64,000 nt of DNA from Bispira polyomma (taxonomy: Eukaryota), in assembly GCA_965649765.1 (NCBI GenBank), contig OZ287756.1, positions 33,108,001-33,172,000 on the forward strand. Direction: 5' to 3'. Below, one piece after another: positions 63,076-64,000 of the stretch. The position numbers and the translations under genes were made by a program. Under the pieces are notes generated by a model. It did no database searches. It was given only the letters and a program-made list of their open reading frames with translations, and was not told where the DNA came from. Within the stretch, counting starts at the first letter, position 1; every line of letters begins with the position of its first letter.

Positions 63076-64000
63076 AAACAGTCAAAATAGCACAAATGTG
63101 GCAGATGTGTGTATCAAAGTAGAGTCAATGGGGAGACCAAGGTTTTTTATGTTATCAGGCGGTTGCAGAAGTACTGAAGTACTTACTGTGTTTCTTACTA
63201 CCAATGAGAATAAATTCAGTTTTGTCCAGATTTAATTTAAAGTAATTCATCGGAGTCTACACAGAACAAGGATAGTCAATAAGTAGACCCAGATTTTTGT
63301 GGGGGTTGAGAGAGATATATTTGAGTGTCGTCAGCACACGTGTAGTATTTAGCATTGTGATTATTTATAACTGTACTGAGGGGATTTATGTAAAACATAG
63401 AGGCCCAATGGTCGACCCCTGTGGTATTCAGGAAAAGTGACATCCAGTTGTGTTTGTTTTCGTTCTTGAAGTCAGATAGAATCAAATCATTTAGTCCAAA
63501 CTACTGCTTTAGGGTGTCAAAAGTAGATGATGGGCGAGATCTAGAAGGGCGAGGGCTACAAGTTCATCAGAAGGCAAGGGTAATGTGATTACTGATGGAG
63601 AGGAGGGCACTTCCATGGATTGAAAATGTTCTATATGCAGACTGGTGGGAGCTGGCAAAGCTGAGGTCAGAGTCTAATCTGTAATTTTCCTGGACATTTT
63701 TATAAAGCCCTAATTTTTTCAAGTAGAGGCCAACATAACCTTAAGTTGCCCTTTACACCCTTTGGCTTCCTTGATGTCGAGATAAGTCAGTTGGCCAATT
63801 GATTCCAGCTGCATAGCAATTTTGTTGCTTATGTGAATTCAGGTCCGCTAAATATCTTCAGTCTTTGATGTTTTAATGTGGAGGGCGTGCTACAGTACTA
63901 AATTTTCATATGACTTCAAAAAGCTTAGGTAATTTATTGTCATTCTGAAGAAAAAACTAATATCATCAGCATATCGAAAGGATTAAAAGTGACTTTTTCC
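63075..64000 (-). mobile_element. Decayed L2 fragment plus L1-like fragment, paralogous to 48040-49250
   Basis: Nucleotide similarity to 48040-48560 and 49165-49250; YTCADDTQIYLS motif. Confidence 0.8.

Overview
AT-rich eukaryotic (animal, probably invertebrate) genomic DNA. No prokaryotic operons, rRNA or CRISPR arrays are visible. The host content is a cluster of sulfotransferase-like genes (~434 aa) whose CDS has no intron: a partial + strand copy at the window start, three intact - strand copies (A 16851-18155, B 34287-35591, D 54703-56034) and a pseudogene (C, ~50.8-52.1 kb). They lie in repeated units, with A resembling C and B resembling D. The rest is nested mobile DNA: two near full-length tyrosine-recombinase (YR) retrotransposons of Ngaro/DIRS type (gag, RT/RNase H, YR) at ~19.5-25.9 kb (+) and 41.0-46.6 kb (-), about seven decayed relatives, L2-clade and L1/Tx1-like LINE fragments, TA-flanked MITEs, a Helentron/HINE-like element carrying a 147-bp tandem repeat, and tRNA-derived SINEs. 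The most striking signal is in the YR elements. A phase-1 splice donor sits at the same position in mid-gag in four divergent copies, and a phase-1 acceptor sits at the start of YR in both long copies. Together they predict an in-frame spliced Gag(N)-YR fusion that skips RT. These elements also show short att-like termini (AACTG-TTAT-CAGTT junction) and arrays of AAGGTNACCTT palindromes in the 3' UTR. All calls come from reading the sequence by eye; no database searches were run.
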